64,000 nt of DNA from Acidimicrobiia bacterium (GTDB lineage Bacteria > Actinomycetota > Acidimicrobiia > Acidimicrobiales > JANYDT01), in the NCBI GenBank assembly GCA_043720595.1, contig JAYSSK010000136.1:7478-71477 (forward strand), given 5' to 3'. Shown piece after piece: positions 45,883 through 56,272 of the stretch. The notes below the pieces were generated by a model, which worked only from the letters and a program-made list of their open reading frames with translations, was not told where the DNA came from and made no database searches. The position numbers and the translations under genes are program-made. Positions within the stretch are counted from its first letter, which is position 1. Each line of letters begins with the position of its first letter.

Positions 45883-47679
45883 TCAGTCCGTCAGAACGTT
45901 CGGATCAAACACAAATCCGCGGCCGTTGCACGTGGGACAGGTATCAGACAGAGCCTCAAGCAGACCCTCTGAGATGCGCTTCCGAGTCATTTCGACCAAT
46001 CCCAGATCGGAGATCTCGAACACCTGCGTGCGGGTTTTGTCTCGGCCGAGTTCTTCTCGGAAGTGCGTCACGAGCGAAGCCCGATTCGCTTTGATCTCCA
46101 TGTCGATGAAATCGATGACGATGATCCCGCCAATGTCGCGCAGCCGCAACTGACGCGCTATTTCGGTGGCAGCTTCGAGGTTGTTCCGGAACACAGTTTC
46201 CTCGAGCGATGTGCTGCCGACGTTCTTTCCGGTGTTGACGTCAATCACCGTCAACGCCTCTGTACGTTCGATGATGATCGAACCGCCCGAGGGAAGCCAC
46301 ACCTTGCGGTCGATGGCCTTGTGCAGTTGCTCGTGCACGTGGAACTGCTCGAAGATGGGTAGAGGTTGCGAGGACGTCTCGAAGAGTTCGATACGGCTGG
46401 CCAACTCTGGAGAAATGGTTTCGACGTAACTGCGGACTTCTTCATACACACGTTCGTCGTCGATCACGACGCGACGGTATGCGTCGGAAAACTCTTCGCG
46501 GATAATTCGAACGGCGAGGTTCGGCTCGCGGTGCAGCAGCGCGGGCCCCTTGAGCTTTGCTGCTTTGGTGGTGATCTGCGTCCACCGCTGGACGAGGGAC
46601 GCAACATCGCGTCGGAGTTCCTCGGCGTCAGCCCCGGACGCTGCAGTTCGGACGATGATCCCGTGATCTGCTGGCTTGACCGTATCGAGCACTCCGCGCA
46701 ACCGTTTGCGTTCGTCGTCGGGTAGACGCTTCGAGATGCCGTAGGTATCCGAGTTGGGCACCAGTACGACAAATCGACCAGCCAAGCTGACGTCTTGTGT
46801 GAGGCGTGCGCCCTTTGCCCCGATTGGATTCTTCGTGACCTGGCAGATGACCAGCTGGCCGTTCCGGAGGAGCTCTTCGATGCGCAACGCCCCGACATCG
46901 GTGGATTCCGTTGATTCGAGATCACGATCGATCTGCACATCGCCGCGGTAAAGAACGGCGTTCTTCGGCGTCGCAATGTCGACAAATGCAGCTTCCATCC
47001 CCGGCAGAACGTTTTGAACCCGACCAAGGTAGATGTTGCCGTTGATTTGGGCAGCGTCGTCATCGGCGTGGCTGACGTAGTGCTCGATCAGCGTCCGACC
47101 GTCAAGAACGGCGATCTGTGTGGCCTTGGATCGTACGTGCACACACATTGTGTAGTCACCTGGCGGGATAGGGCGACGCTGGCTTCCACGACGGCCCTTC
47201 TGCTTGCGACTGCGGGTTGGCTCTTCGGACTCGGCGTCTGGACCCGACGACGCCACGGCGGTGGTTGCCGGCTTTGCGGTCTCGGCAGGATCTTTTGCTG
47301 GCGCAGCTTTGGGGTCTCGTTGACCATTTCTTTGTTTCACGCGCGGCGTGACGGGGCGGTTTCGACCCCCGGGAACACCCTCCCACGGGAGATCGGGGAG
47401 CTCGGGCTGGCCGGATACGGAATCGGACGCTGCGCCGTTCGGGGTCTTGGACCCAGTGGCTGGGGCCGAATGAGGCGGTTTTATCCCGGACCGGTTTCGT
47501 GCCCCGCCGCGCGAACCTCGGCGGCGACGAGCGTTTTGTGATGGAGCACCCGGCTGGTCTCCTCCGGCCTGGTCTCCATCCGGCTGTTCTCCTCCGGCCT
47601 GGGCTCCGGGGCCAAGAGGCGAGCCGGAGATGGGTGGAGGTGGTAGCGAATTGTCAGCTTGGGCGCGATTGTCCGGCAT
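45883..47679 (-). CDS. rne: Ribonuclease E/G with disordered Arg/Pro-rich N-terminal extension
   Basis: GNIYLGRVQNVLPGMEAAFVD, IDVNTG, LRDIGGIIVIDFIDM, EMTRKR, CPTCNGRG. Confidence 0.95.
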   Translation of the reverse strand: MPDNRAQADNSLPPPPISGSPLGPGAQAGGEQPDGDQAGGDQPGAPSQNARRRRGSRGGARNRSGIKPPHSAPATGSKTPNGAASDSVSGQPELPDLPWEGVPGGRNRPVTPRVKQRNGQRDPKAAPAKDPAETAKPATTAVASSGPDAESEEPTRSRKQKGRRGSQRRPIPPGDYTMCVHVRSKATQIAVLDGRTLIEHYVSHADDDAAQINGNIYLGRVQNVLPGMEAAFVDIATPKNAVLYRGDVQIDRDLESTESTDVGALRIEELLRNGQLVICQVTKNPIGAKGARLTQDVSLAGRFVVLVPNSDTYGISKRLPDDERKRLRGVLDTVKPADHGIIVRTAASGADAEELRRDVASLVQRWTQITTKAAKLKGPALLHREPNLAVRIIREEFSDAYRRVVIDDERVYEEVRSYVETISPELASRIELFETSSQPLPIFEQFHVHEQLHKAIDRKVWLPSGGSIIIERTEALTVIDVNTGKNVGSTSLEETVFRNNLEAATEIARQLRLRDIGGIIVIDFIDMEIKANRASLVTHFREELGRDKTRTQVFEISDLGLVEMTRKRISEGLLEALSDTCPTCNGRGFVFDPNVLTD

Positions 47680-47703
47680 GTCGATGCTTTCCTAACAGTC
47701 CAC

Positions 47704-48840
47704 TCAGCGAAAGCGGCGCATTTCAACCGAAAGCACCAGACCAACAGCAGCAAACGAGGTGAGCGTCGACGAGCCGCCATAGCTCAGGAACGGAAGCGGG
47801 ATTCCGGTAATCGGCATGATGCCCAACGTCATGCCCACATTTTGGAAGACGTGGAACAGCAGCAACGCCATGACGCCAACGCAGATGAGGGTGCCGCCGG
47901 TGTCCCGGGCGCTGGCCGCCGCCCGCCAGATGCGAGCAAGGAGGACGCCGAATACCATCAGGACGACGGCACACCCAAGCAGCCCCAGTTGCTCGCCGAG
48001 CGCCGTGAAGATGAAGTCTGAGTGCTGCTCTGGAACGAACCCATATTGGGTCTGGGTCCCTTGGTTGAGACCCTTGCCGAGCAGTCCACCGGAACCGATC
48101 GCAATTTTCGACTGGGTCACGTTGAACGCAATGCCGCTGGCCTTGCCATCCGGGTTGGTGAACGCCAGCAACCGATTGACCTGATATTCCGCGAGCACCC
48201 CCAGCCGAACGGCGACAATCACAACCCCGATTCCGCCGCCCACAAGCGCGAGCAACAACCGAGGAGGTGCGCCAGCAATCCACAACATCGCAAAAACAAT
48301 GGCGAGGAAGACGAGCGCAGAACCCAAGTCCGGCTGGATGAAGATCAACGCTGTTGGGACAGCAGTCAGAACCAGCACAATGACGAACCGACGGGCGTCG
48401 AGAAAGTTTCGCTGTCCCGACCCGTATGCCGCCAACGCGATGATCACACCCACTTTTGCGAATTCCGCAGGCTGGAGCTGCATGGGTCCGATGTCGAACC
48501 ATCCCTGTGCGCCTTTGTGCACCTGGCCGATCAGCAGCACCAGTACCAAAGACAAAACGGTTCCGCCGTAAATGAACACGGCGTTGTCCAACAGGTTGCG
48601 GTAGTCCAGGCTCATCATGATGAACATGGCTGCGAGCCCAAGGATCAAGAACAGCGATTGGCGCTCGACCAAACGGAGATTGTTTGCGCCGGTCGACCTG
48701 ATCAGCACTAGACCAACTACTGCGAGCAACAGAGTGCATGCGATCAACACCCAGTCCACATGCAGGAAGGGCGAGTCAGGCCGAATGCCAGCGGCGCGGT
48801 GACGACGGCTCGAAAGTGTGTCTGTAAGTGTCATTGGCAA
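47704..48840 (-). CDS. rodA: Rod shape-determining SEDS protein
   Basis: LQPAEFAK, QPDLG, QSKIAIGSGG, PEQHSDFIF, GIPLPFLSYGGS. Confidence 0.95.
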   Translation of the reverse strand: MPMTLTDTLSSRRHRAAGIRPDSPFLHVDWVLIACTLLLAVVGLVLIRSTGANNLRLVERQSLFLILGLAAMFIMMSLDYRNLLDNAVFIYGGTVLSLVLVLLIGQVHKGAQGWFDIGPMQLQPAEFAKVGVIIALAAYGSGQRNFLDARRFVIVLVLTAVPTALIFIQPDLGSALVFLAIVFAMLWIAGAPPRLLLALVGGGIGVVIVAVRLGVLAEYQVNRLLAFTNPDGKASGIAFNVTQSKIAIGSGGLLGKGLNQGTQTQYGFVPEQHSDFIFTALGEQLGLLGCAVVLMVFGVLLARIWRAAASARDTGGTLICVGVMALLLFHVFQNVGMTLGIMPITGIPLPFLSYGGSSTLTSFAAVGLVLSVEMRRFR

Positions 48841-48847
48841 CGACCCT

Positions 48848-51250
48848 TCATCGTTCGACCGATCCTGATGTCACGTAGGCCACCGCACCATCGTCGCGCC
48901 CATCAAGACCTTCGAAGATCGACCGGGCCACAGGAGCGGCGGCCTGGCCTCCAAATCCAGCTTCTTCCAACACAACGCTGACGACAAAGCGATTGCCTGG
49001 TCCGCCGAATCCGACGAACAAGGCAGTGTCGTGTTTGCGGAACACCTGAGCAGTGCCGGTCTTTCCTGCGACAGGAAAAGCCTCGACAGGGAATCCCCGA
49101 AACGCCGGGTTTGCCGTACCTGCGCCGTCGGTCACAACGCCGCGCAAACCAGCAAGCACCGGAGACCGAACGTCGGCCGAAAGGTCAACGCTTCGGCGTG
49201 GCCGTGGGGTGAGCGACACCCCAGCGGGCAACACCACCAGGGAATCTGCAGGGATCGGCAGCGTGGTGTCGATCACTGTCGGTGACTCCAGATTCGTGTC
49301 GGACGGCGTGTCAGCGTTGGTATCTGGAACAACCGTTTCTTGGGCTGACTGTCCGGCCGTGTCGCCTGGTTTCGTGGAGTCTGTTGGGTCGACTGCGAAC
49401 CGCCCGAACCCGCCGCCGATTCCGAGAGGGCCAAAGGCTTCTTCGTTGACCTCTTCGATAACCGAGGAAACCGGAGCTGAGTTCACCCCAGAATTGTGCC
49501 CCGAAGCGGGTACGGAACTGAGCGTCTCTGACGGCCCTACTGTGGGCTCCAACCCCGGCGCCGTAGGCGTCGCCTTTGTCGTTGCCGACTCCGTGGGAGG
49601 AACCCCGGCTGGGCTCGTTGGCGTCGTTGACGTCGTGGCCGGATCCGCTTCTGCACCTGTTTCGGGATCGCCCGTCGGTACGGGGGGAGCCGGCGTGTCG
49701 AAAGCGATCCGTGGGTACAACAACATGCCACCGTTGGCTAACGCCCCGTAAGCGGCAGCCAATTGCAGGGGCGTGGCCAGCATCTCGCCCTGTCCGATGG
49801 CCACGTTGAGATTGTCACCGGTTCGCCACTTGACGTCGGGGTTGTCTTTCCCGGCTCCCGCTGCCATTGACTCTGGGGTTGGCACGTTGCCGCCCTTTTC
49901 GTTCGGGAGGCCAATTCCGGTGTCTCCTCCGAACCCAAACTCTATGTATGTGTCCTGAATGCCGTTCCTCGGCCAGTCCTTCTCGGTCCAGAACCGCTGG
50001 CCGAGCCGGTAGTAGAAGACGTCAGACGACACGGTGAGGGATCGACGCAAGTCGACCTTGCCATGGGCGGAGTTCCCCGCGTTGTTGAACGTACAGCGCA
50101 CGTTCTTCGGACAGTTGTCGAGTGTGTATGAGCCTGTGTCTTCGATGGTGGTGCGTTCGTTGATCAGACCGTTGTTGAATGCGCTGATGGCTACGAAGGG
50201 TTTCGCCGTCGAGCCCGGCGCGTACTGACCCGATATCGCTCGGTTAGTCAACGGAGCGTTGGCGGCGTCGGCACCGTATCGACGCTCGTAGTCAGCAGCG
50301 CTGATACCGGCCACAAACTCGCTCGGGTCGTAGTCGGGGTACGACGCCATCGCAATCACTGCTCCGGTCATCGCATCGAACACGACTGCAGAGCCAGCGG
50401 GTGCCGGGAACGGTGTTGCTGGGACGGTCTTGCCTACGAACACTTCGCCGCCGTGGCCGCGAGCTGCGATGAGCCCTTCCTTGACTCGCTTCTCCACCAT
50501 CTTCTGCACGTCGGAATCGATGGTGAGGCGAACGTCGGCTCCAGGGACCGGCTGTGCGATCCATCTGGTTTCCGATGGAACGATGCGGTTACGCCGATCG
50601 ACGGTGTATTCGACGACCCCCGGCATCCCTCGGAGTACACACTCATAGGACCGTTCGACTCCGGCCTTTCCGAGCTTGTCGCCGGTCTGATACCTGGCGT
50701 TGCAGGGCGGCGACTGCAAGTCGTCGCCGATGTCACCCACATATCCGAGAACGTGCGGCGCGAGCTTGCCCTGTGGGTAGACCCGTTGCGAGTCAAGAAC
50801 TGCCGAAACGCCGGGGAACTCGTCGGAATGCTCGCCGAGGTAAACGATTGCGGACTCTGTGACGTTGCGGGCGACCTCGACACCTTCGAGGTCGTCGACG
50901 GCGTTGAAGCGACGCAGTAGCTCTGTAGTTTCAACGCCCAGCACGTCCTGAAGCTTGCGAAACACACCCGCTCGGGCGGCCGATCGAGCTGGAAGCTTGG
51001 ACTTCGTCACCATGACGACGCTTACGACTTGGTTTTCCACCAACACGTTGCCGGCGCGGTCGAGTATTCGTCCGCGTTGTGCAGGCACGAGTCGCTTCGA
51101 TTTGGTATTCAGCTCGGCCTGCTCTGAGAACGAAGCGCTGTCCACGGTCTGGAGCCACGTGACTCGTACCAGCAACGTGGTGAACAGGCAGAGGGTGACA
51201 ATCATCAGCGTCCCGAGGCGCTGGCGCGTGTCCATCACCGTTCGTTCCAA
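48848..51250 (-). CDS. mrdA: Penicillin-binding protein 2
   Basis: RGRILDR, PGSTAK (SxxK), SSD, KTGT; within the mre cluster; long low-complexity insert. Confidence 0.93.
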   Translation of the reverse strand: MERTVMDTRQRLGTLMIVTLCLFTTLLVRVTWLQTVDSASFSEQAELNTKSKRLVPAQRGRILDRAGNVLVENQVVSVVMVTKSKLPARSAARAGVFRKLQDVLGVETTELLRRFNAVDDLEGVEVARNVTESAIVYLGEHSDEFPGVSAVLDSQRVYPQGKLAPHVLGYVGDIGDDLQSPPCNARYQTGDKLGKAGVERSYECVLRGMPGVVEYTVDRRNRIVPSETRWIAQPVPGADVRLTIDSDVQKMVEKRVKEGLIAARGHGGEVFVGKTVPATPFPAPAGSAVVFDAMTGAVIAMASYPDYDPSEFVAGISAADYERRYGADAANAPLTNRAISGQYAPGSTAKPFVAISAFNNGLINERTTIEDTGSYTLDNCPKNVRCTFNNAGNSAHGKVDLRRSLTVSSDVFYYRLGQRFWTEKDWPRNGIQDTYIEFGFGGDTGIGLPNEKGGNVPTPESMAAGAGKDNPDVKWRTGDNLNVAIGQGEMLATPLQLAAAYGALANGGMLLYPRIAFDTPAPPVPTGDPETGAEADPATTSTTPTSPAGVPPTESATTKATPTAPGLEPTVGPSETLSSVPASGHNSGVNSAPVSSVIEEVNEEAFGPLGIGGGFGRFAVDPTDSTKPGDTAGQSAQETVVPDTNADTPSDTNLESPTVIDTTLPIPADSLVVLPAGVSLTPRPRRSVDLSADVRSPVLAGLRGVVTDGAGTANPAFRGFPVEAFPVAGKTGTAQVFRKHDTALFVGFGGPGNRFVVSVVLEEAGFGGQAAAPVARSIFEGLDGRDDGAVAYVTSGSVER

Positions 51251-51762
51251 TTGACGCGCAAAACAGTTCGAACCAACGGGCTCAGCGCGATCGACAGGAC
51301 TGGGTTGAGGAACAGGCTGATCGCGACGACAAACGCAAGATGGCGCAAGGTACCCATCGTGAGACCCTGTGCCGAGGTAATCAGCAAGCCGTAGAGCGCC
51401 GTTGTGAGCGCCGAGGAAAACGCGACCAACGCGAAGGGAACACGTTCAGCTCCGGGAAAGACTCGATCTCTGGCTCCCCCGACGAGCCATCCCATGAGGC
51501 AGTACAGCAAGGACGGCAAGCCCAGTGTGGAGTCGATATCAATCATGTTCACCGCAAGGCCGCACAGGAACCCAGCGGTGGCGCCGATATCCGGACCTGT
51601 CTCCACCGCTGCGATGGCCGTCAGCACCATGAGCGTTCCGGGGACAACGCCGAACGGCGCGATCCGGTGCAGCAGCGCTACATGGAGCGCTGCCCCGATG
51701 AACACCAGCAACGCCAGACGTGGAAACGCTGAGGCACGAAACGGAGCCCTTCGACCGGTCAT
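51235..51762 (-). CDS. mreD: Rod shape-determining protein MreD
   Basis: Highly hydrophobic ORF between mreC and pbp2 with overlaps to both; GATAGFLCGL. Confidence 0.8.
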   Translation of the reverse strand: MTGRRAPFRASAFPRLALLVFIGAALHVALLHRIAPFGVVPGTLMVLTAIAAVETGPDIGATAGFLCGLAVNMIDIDSTLGLPSLLYCLMGWLVGGARDRVFPGAERVPFALVAFSSALTTALYGLLITSAQGLTMGTLRHLAFVVAISLFLNPVLSIALSPLVRTVLRVNWNER

Positions 51763-52739
51763 GGGGAGGTGGCTGGGCTCGCGGTCAAGGTGGTGGAACT
51801 TCCGTCGGGGAGAACCGAGCCATTCACTGGGGCCACCGTGTCAACAATCGTCGGCAGGGTGGCAGGAGGAGCCAACGGCACAGCGGGCGGGGGCGTCCAC
51901 AGCAGAACCGACACGAAGGTGAGTCGATCCAGGTTGGTGAACGACTCGACAACAACGCTCTGCTCAAGCTTGCCCTGTTCCCACCTGGCAGAGACGACGC
52001 TGACCACCGCAAGGCCAGCCGGGTAGCGACTGTTGGGGAGCCCCGAAGTAACCATCACATCGCCCGGGCGAATCTTGGTAGAGGGGTCCATCAACGACAC
52101 GGACATCGGCTTCCCGTTCCCGTCACCGCGGATGACGCCGACGTCGCCTGACTCGGCGTGGCGCACGCCGACCTGCGACTCTGGATCGGTGAAGAGTCGC
52201 ACGCGAGCGGAACTCGGAGTTGCGACCGTGACAGACCCGACCAGACCGAGCCCTGCCGCTACTGGCATCCCTACTTGGACGCCATCGTCGGTGCCGCGGT
52301 CGATCTCGATGGTCGCCTCGAAGTTGTCGTAGGCGGAAGCGGCGACTCGTGCTCGAACGGCGGTGAGCTCAGTTACCGATTCGAGGCCGTTCAAGGCGAG
52401 GAGTTCGCGGCGTTCTCGTAGCGCATCGTCGGCAACTGCAATGCGGCTCTGGGCTTCGATCAGGCGTTCACGGAGATCTTCGTTCTCTCGCCGAAGACGA
52501 TTGCGGTCAGATACCGCTCCCGTGACGCCCTGGAATGGCTCCGCAATCGTGTCACCGAAGGCCTTGAACGGTTCCAGCAGCCCAGACGCCGCGTCGCGGG
52601 CACCTCGAAAAGGGGACGAAGATCCGACCACGATCATGGTGGCCGACAACAGCGCCAGGAGCACGAACGAAGATCGGCCCAGCGGCCCCCGGTCTGATCG
52701 ACGGCGCGACCCGCGTTTACTACCCCTCAGCTCGGCCAC
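51759..52739 (-). CDS. mreC: Rod shape-determining protein MreC
   Basis: TM + coiled coil (LRRENEDLR), IDRGTDDGVQVGMPV, GLVG, GDVMVTSG..YPAGL. Confidence 0.93.
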   Translation of the reverse strand: MAELRGSKRGSRRRSDRGPLGRSSFVLLALLSATMIVVGSSSPFRGARDAASGLLEPFKAFGDTIAEPFQGVTGAVSDRNRLRRENEDLRERLIEAQSRIAVADDALRERRELLALNGLESVTELTAVRARVAASAYDNFEATIEIDRGTDDGVQVGMPVAAGLGLVGSVTVATPSSARVRLFTDPESQVGVRHAESGDVGVIRGDGNGKPMSVSLMDPSTKIRPGDVMVTSGLPNSRYPAGLAVVSVVSARWEQGKLEQSVVVESFTNLDRLTFVSVLLWTPPPAVPLAPPATLPTIVDTVAPVNGSVLPDGSSTTLTASPATSP

Positions 52740-52794
52740 ACGGCGAGTCTACTTGCGACTACTGCTTGTTGGGCGGTAGCCATTCCCCCGAAAA

Positions 52795-53805
52795 TCAACG
52801 ACGGCCCGTGAAGCGGCTTGTCTTGTCGAACTCTTCGAGGTATTGACCACTGCCGTATGCAACGGCGAACAATGGATGCTCGGAAATCCGAATCGGCATA
52901 CCGGTCTCGTCGGCGAGCCGGAAGTCCAGGCCAGCCAGAAGCGCCCCACCACCGGTGAGCATGATGCCCTTCTCCAGGATGTCGGCGGCCAGTTCAGGCG
53001 GTGTCTTGTCCAACGTGGAGCGGACCGCGTCGCAAATGGACGCAACAGGTTCTGCGATTGCCTCGCGGATCTGTTGGGTGGTGATGATGACAGTCTTGGG
53101 GAGCCCTGACCTGAGATCACGGCCACGTACTTCGGCCTGGAGTTCATACTCCAGCGGCGCTGCGCTGCCCAGCGCCATCTTCACTTCTTCAGCGGTGCGT
53201 TCGCCAAGGGCGAGGTCGAACTCTTTGCGCGCAAAGTTGATGATGGCTTCGTCGATTTCGTCGCCGGCGACACGAATCGATTGCGAGGTAACGATGCCAC
53301 CGAGCGAAATGACGGCGACCTCGGTTGTGCCGCCTCCAATATCGACCACCATGTTGCCGGTCGGTTCATGGACCGGAAGGCGGGCTCCGATTGCGGCAGC
53401 CATTGGCTCTTCGATGATTTTCACCAGGCCTGCGCCAGCGAACTGCGCAGCGTCTTCGACAGCGCGCTTCTCTACGCCTGTGATGCCAGATGGTACGCAG
53501 ATGACCATGCGCGGCTTGGAGAACCGACGCTGGTGCACCCGATGGATGAAGTACCGCAGCATCTTTTCGCAGATCTCGAAGTCGGCAATGACACCATCTT
53601 TGAGCGGGCGGATAGCTTCGATGTGATCAGGGGTGCGGCCCAGCATCCGTTTTGCTTCCAGGCCGACCGCGAGCGGGCGCCCGTCGCGAACATTGACAGC
53701 AACCACCGACGGCTCGTTTAACACGATGCCGCGACCACGCTCGAAAACGAGCGTGTTGGCAGTGCCGAGATCAACCGCGAGGTCGCGGCCGATGAGTGAG
53801 CTCAT
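52795..53805 (-). CDS. mreB: Actin-like protein MreB
   Basis: [37 protein letters not shown]. Confidence 0.98.
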   Translation of the reverse strand: MSSLIGRDLAVDLGTANTLVFERGRGIVLNEPSVVAVNVRDGRPLAVGLEAKRMLGRTPDHIEAIRPLKDGVIADFEICEKMLRYFIHRVHQRRFSKPRMVICVPSGITGVEKRAVEDAAQFAGAGLVKIIEEPMAAAIGARLPVHEPTGNMVVDIGGGTTEVAVISLGGIVTSQSIRVAGDEIDEAIINFARKEFDLALGERTAEEVKMALGSAAPLEYELQAEVRGRDLRSGLPKTVIITTQQIREAIAEPVASICDAVRSTLDKTPPELAADILEKGIMLTGGGALLAGLDFRLADETGMPIRISEHPLFAVAYGSGQYLEEFDKTSRFTGRR

Positions 53806-53977
53806 TGAACTTCCAATCGGGGATGGTCAAACCGTCCGCCTGCAAGCCTACGTGAGAACGGTGCCTCTAGGGGCCGTGGAACCAAATTCCGCTGAAACTA
53901 CATCAGAAACGACGAGGTCTGGCAGCACAGAGTGGCCAAACCTCCTGATTCGCGATGGAGGTTCGACAACGGAACGC

Positions 53978-54382
53978 TTACGGGAAGAACAACGAGATTT
54001 CGCGCGCTGCCGAGTCGGCCGAGTCTGAACCGTGAATGAGGTTTTCGGTGAACTCGATGCCCAGGTCGCCACGAATGGTGCCGGGGGCAGAGTTACGGGG
54101 GTTGGTGGCACCCATCATGGTGCGCACAACCTGCCAGGTGTCCTCTGGACCCTCGATGACCGCAAGCATTGCCGGGCCACGTGTGATGAAGTCGACAAGG
54201 CCGGGAAAGAACGGCTTGCCGGCGTGCTCGCCGTAATGAATTTCGGCCGTTGCCCGATCGATGGTGCGCAGCTCGGCGCGAACGATCTTCAGGTTGCGGC
54301 GCTCGAAACGGGAAAGGATTTCGCCCACGAGACCCCGTTCAACGGCGTCGGGCTTACAAATGATGAACGTGCGGTCTGCCAT
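53978..54382 (-). CDS. ndk: Nucleoside diphosphate kinase
   Basis: [27 protein letters not shown]. Confidence 0.97.
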   Translation of the reverse strand: MADRTFIICKPDAVERGLVGEILSRFERRNLKIVRAELRTIDRATAEIHYGEHAGKPFFPGLVDFITRGPAMLAVIEGPEDTWQVVRTMMGATNPRNSAPGTIRGDLGIEFTENLIHGSDSADSAAREISLFFP

Positions 54383-54463
54383 AGCGAGGCAAGACGCTAC
54401 AGCGCTGAGGTAGCAGCCCAAACCATCACCTGGGAGTGGCTTCCGGAGCAGTACCTTCGCACG

Positions 54464-55405
54464 ATGATTGAGGCGCAGGGTCTACAGAAACGATTCGGCA
54501 CAGCGGTTGCCGTGGACGATGTCTCCTTTTCCGTGCAACCGGGAATGGTGACAGGGTTCCTCGGGCCGAATGGGGCGGGAAAGTCCACCACCTGCCGGCT
54601 GATGGTCGGGCTGGACAACGGCGAGGGCTCCACTCGGTTCGATGGCCTCGAGTTCCGGGATATCGCGCAACCGATGCGGCAAGTCGGGGTGTTGCTCGAG
54701 GCAAAGGCGTTCCATCCAACGAGAACGGCTCGTAGTCACTTGAAGATGCTCTGCGCGGCCAACGGAATCGATGCCAAGCGCGCAGATGAATGTCTTTCTA
54801 TGGTTGGCCTGTCCGAGGTTGCGAAGAAGAAGCCGAAAGGCTTTTCACTCGGGATGGCCCAGCGGTTAGGGCTAGCCGCGGCGATGTTGGGCGACCCTCG
54901 AACGCTTATCCTCGACGAACCGGGTAACGGTCTCGACCCGCAGGGCATCCAATGGCTCAGGGACCTGTTGCGATTCTTCGCCAGCGAGGGCCGCACGGTG
55001 CTGGTTTCCAGTCATCTGCTCTCGGAGATGGAGCTGATGGCCGACCACGTCATCGTGATTGGCAGGGGCAAATTGATTGCCGACTGCACCACACAAGAGT
55101 TCATAGCCCGAGGTTCTCAACACTGGGTTGTCATCAGAACCCCACAACCAGAAGCGCTCACTGCGACGCTGACGCAACGGGGTATCGAATGGTCGGCGCA
55201 ACCAGATGGTGCAATCCAAGTTCGGGGGGCAACGGCCGCTGCGGTCGGTGATGCCGCACATCACGCAAACGCAGTGGTGCACGAACTGTCCAACCACCGA
55301 TCTTCGCTCGAAGAGGCATTCCTTGAACTCACCGGTTCTGCTAACCAGTTCGCCGGCCAAGCCGTTCCAACCGCCGGATTCTTTGTTACAGGGAGCCCTT
55401 CATGA
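54464..55405 (+). CDS. ABC exporter ATP-binding protein
   Basis: [26 protein letters not shown]; TACCTT-N6-ATG. Confidence 0.93.
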   Translation: MIEAQGLQKRFGTAVAVDDVSFSVQPGMVTGFLGPNGAGKSTTCRLMVGLDNGEGSTRFDGLEFRDIAQPMRQVGVLLEAKAFHPTRTARSHLKMLCAANGIDAKRADECLSMVGLSEVAKKKPKGFSLGMAQRLGLAAAMLGDPRTLILDEPGNGLDPQGIQWLRDLLRFFASEGRTVLVSSHLLSEMELMADHVIVIGRGKLIADCTTQEFIARGSQHWVVIRTPQPEALTATLTQRGIEWSAQPDGAIQVRGATAAAVGDAAHHANAVVHELSNHRSSLEEAFLELTGSANQFAGQAVPTAGFFVTGSPS

Positions 55406-56175
55406 AACCCTTTGCCTACGAGTGGGCACGTCTGCGAACGCTTCGATCGACATGGATCATGTGTGGCATTTCGCTGATATTCAGCGCGCTTACGGGTCTT
55501 CTCGCGATCCCCATCATCGACGAAGACCCAACGGCGCTCGCATGGATGTCGTTGCTGACAGTCGCTGTTCCGACTGTCACAGCGCTTTGCTGCGGGCTGA
55601 TCGGGGTGTTCGGCATCGGCCACGAGTTCCGGTACGGCTCTATTCGTCCAACGCTCACTGCTCTCCCCCGGCGTGTTTCAGTGATGCTGGCCAAGATCGT
55701 CATCCCGGCAGTGTTCGCATTTGCACTGAGCGTGGCGTGCCTTGCGGTCAACTATGCGGTTGCTTGGGTTTTCGTCCACGCGAAACTCGAGACCCCTGCT
55801 TTCTCCCGAGACGTGCTCCGGGTGATGTTGGGCGCTGCGCTCTACGCCGTGGGATTCTGCGTCTTCGGGGTTGGCCTCACTGCGTTGTTCCGCAACCAGG
55901 TGGCCGGGGTCGTGTTGTTGATCGTGCTTCCTTTGATAGTCGAAAACGCGATCTCAGCTGCGTTACACCTGATTCCTTGGTTCGACAGCATCCAGGACTG
56001 GGCTCGATTCCTCCCGTTCACTGCAGGTCGTGCGATGTACACACCTCCGCGGGATTTGGTGGCCGACTTTGACACGATGCCGTTGGGACCATTGGCCGGT
56101 GGCGCGGTCTTCTTCGTGTTCGGTGCAATCGTCTGCGGACTTGGCATTTTCCGCTTCGTCCGATCGGACGCGTGA
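55402..56175 (+). CDS. ABC-2 type exporter permease
   Basis: EWARLRTLRS, HEFRYG.IR.TL...PRR, RFLP, C-terminal RSDA; about 6 TM. Confidence 0.9.
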   Translation: MKPFAYEWARLRTLRSTWIMCGISLIFSALTGLLAIPIIDEDPTALAWMSLLTVAVPTVTALCCGLIGVFGIGHEFRYGSIRPTLTALPRRVSVMLAKIVIPAVFAFALSVACLAVNYAVAWVFVHAKLETPAFSRDVLRVMLGAALYAVGFCVFGVGLTALFRNQVAGVVLLIVLPLIVENAISAALHLIPWFDSIQDWARFLPFTAGRAMYTPPRDLVADFDTMPLGPLAGGAVFFVFGAIVCGLGIFRFVRSDA

Positions 56176-56201
56176 CCCGTTCAATGCTCGTTTGCAGCAC
56201 G

Positions 56202-56234
56202 CGCAACGGCCGGGCTCGAAGCCCGGCCGTTGCG
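56202..56234. terminator. Bidirectional terminator-like hairpin between convergent ABC operons
   Basis: Perfect 14-bp stem CGCAACGGCCGGGC/GCCCGGCCGTTGCG, loop TCGAA. Confidence 0.75.
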
Positions 56235-56272
56235 TGAATCAGGTGAATCAAATATTTAGCTGCGGCAGGTGA

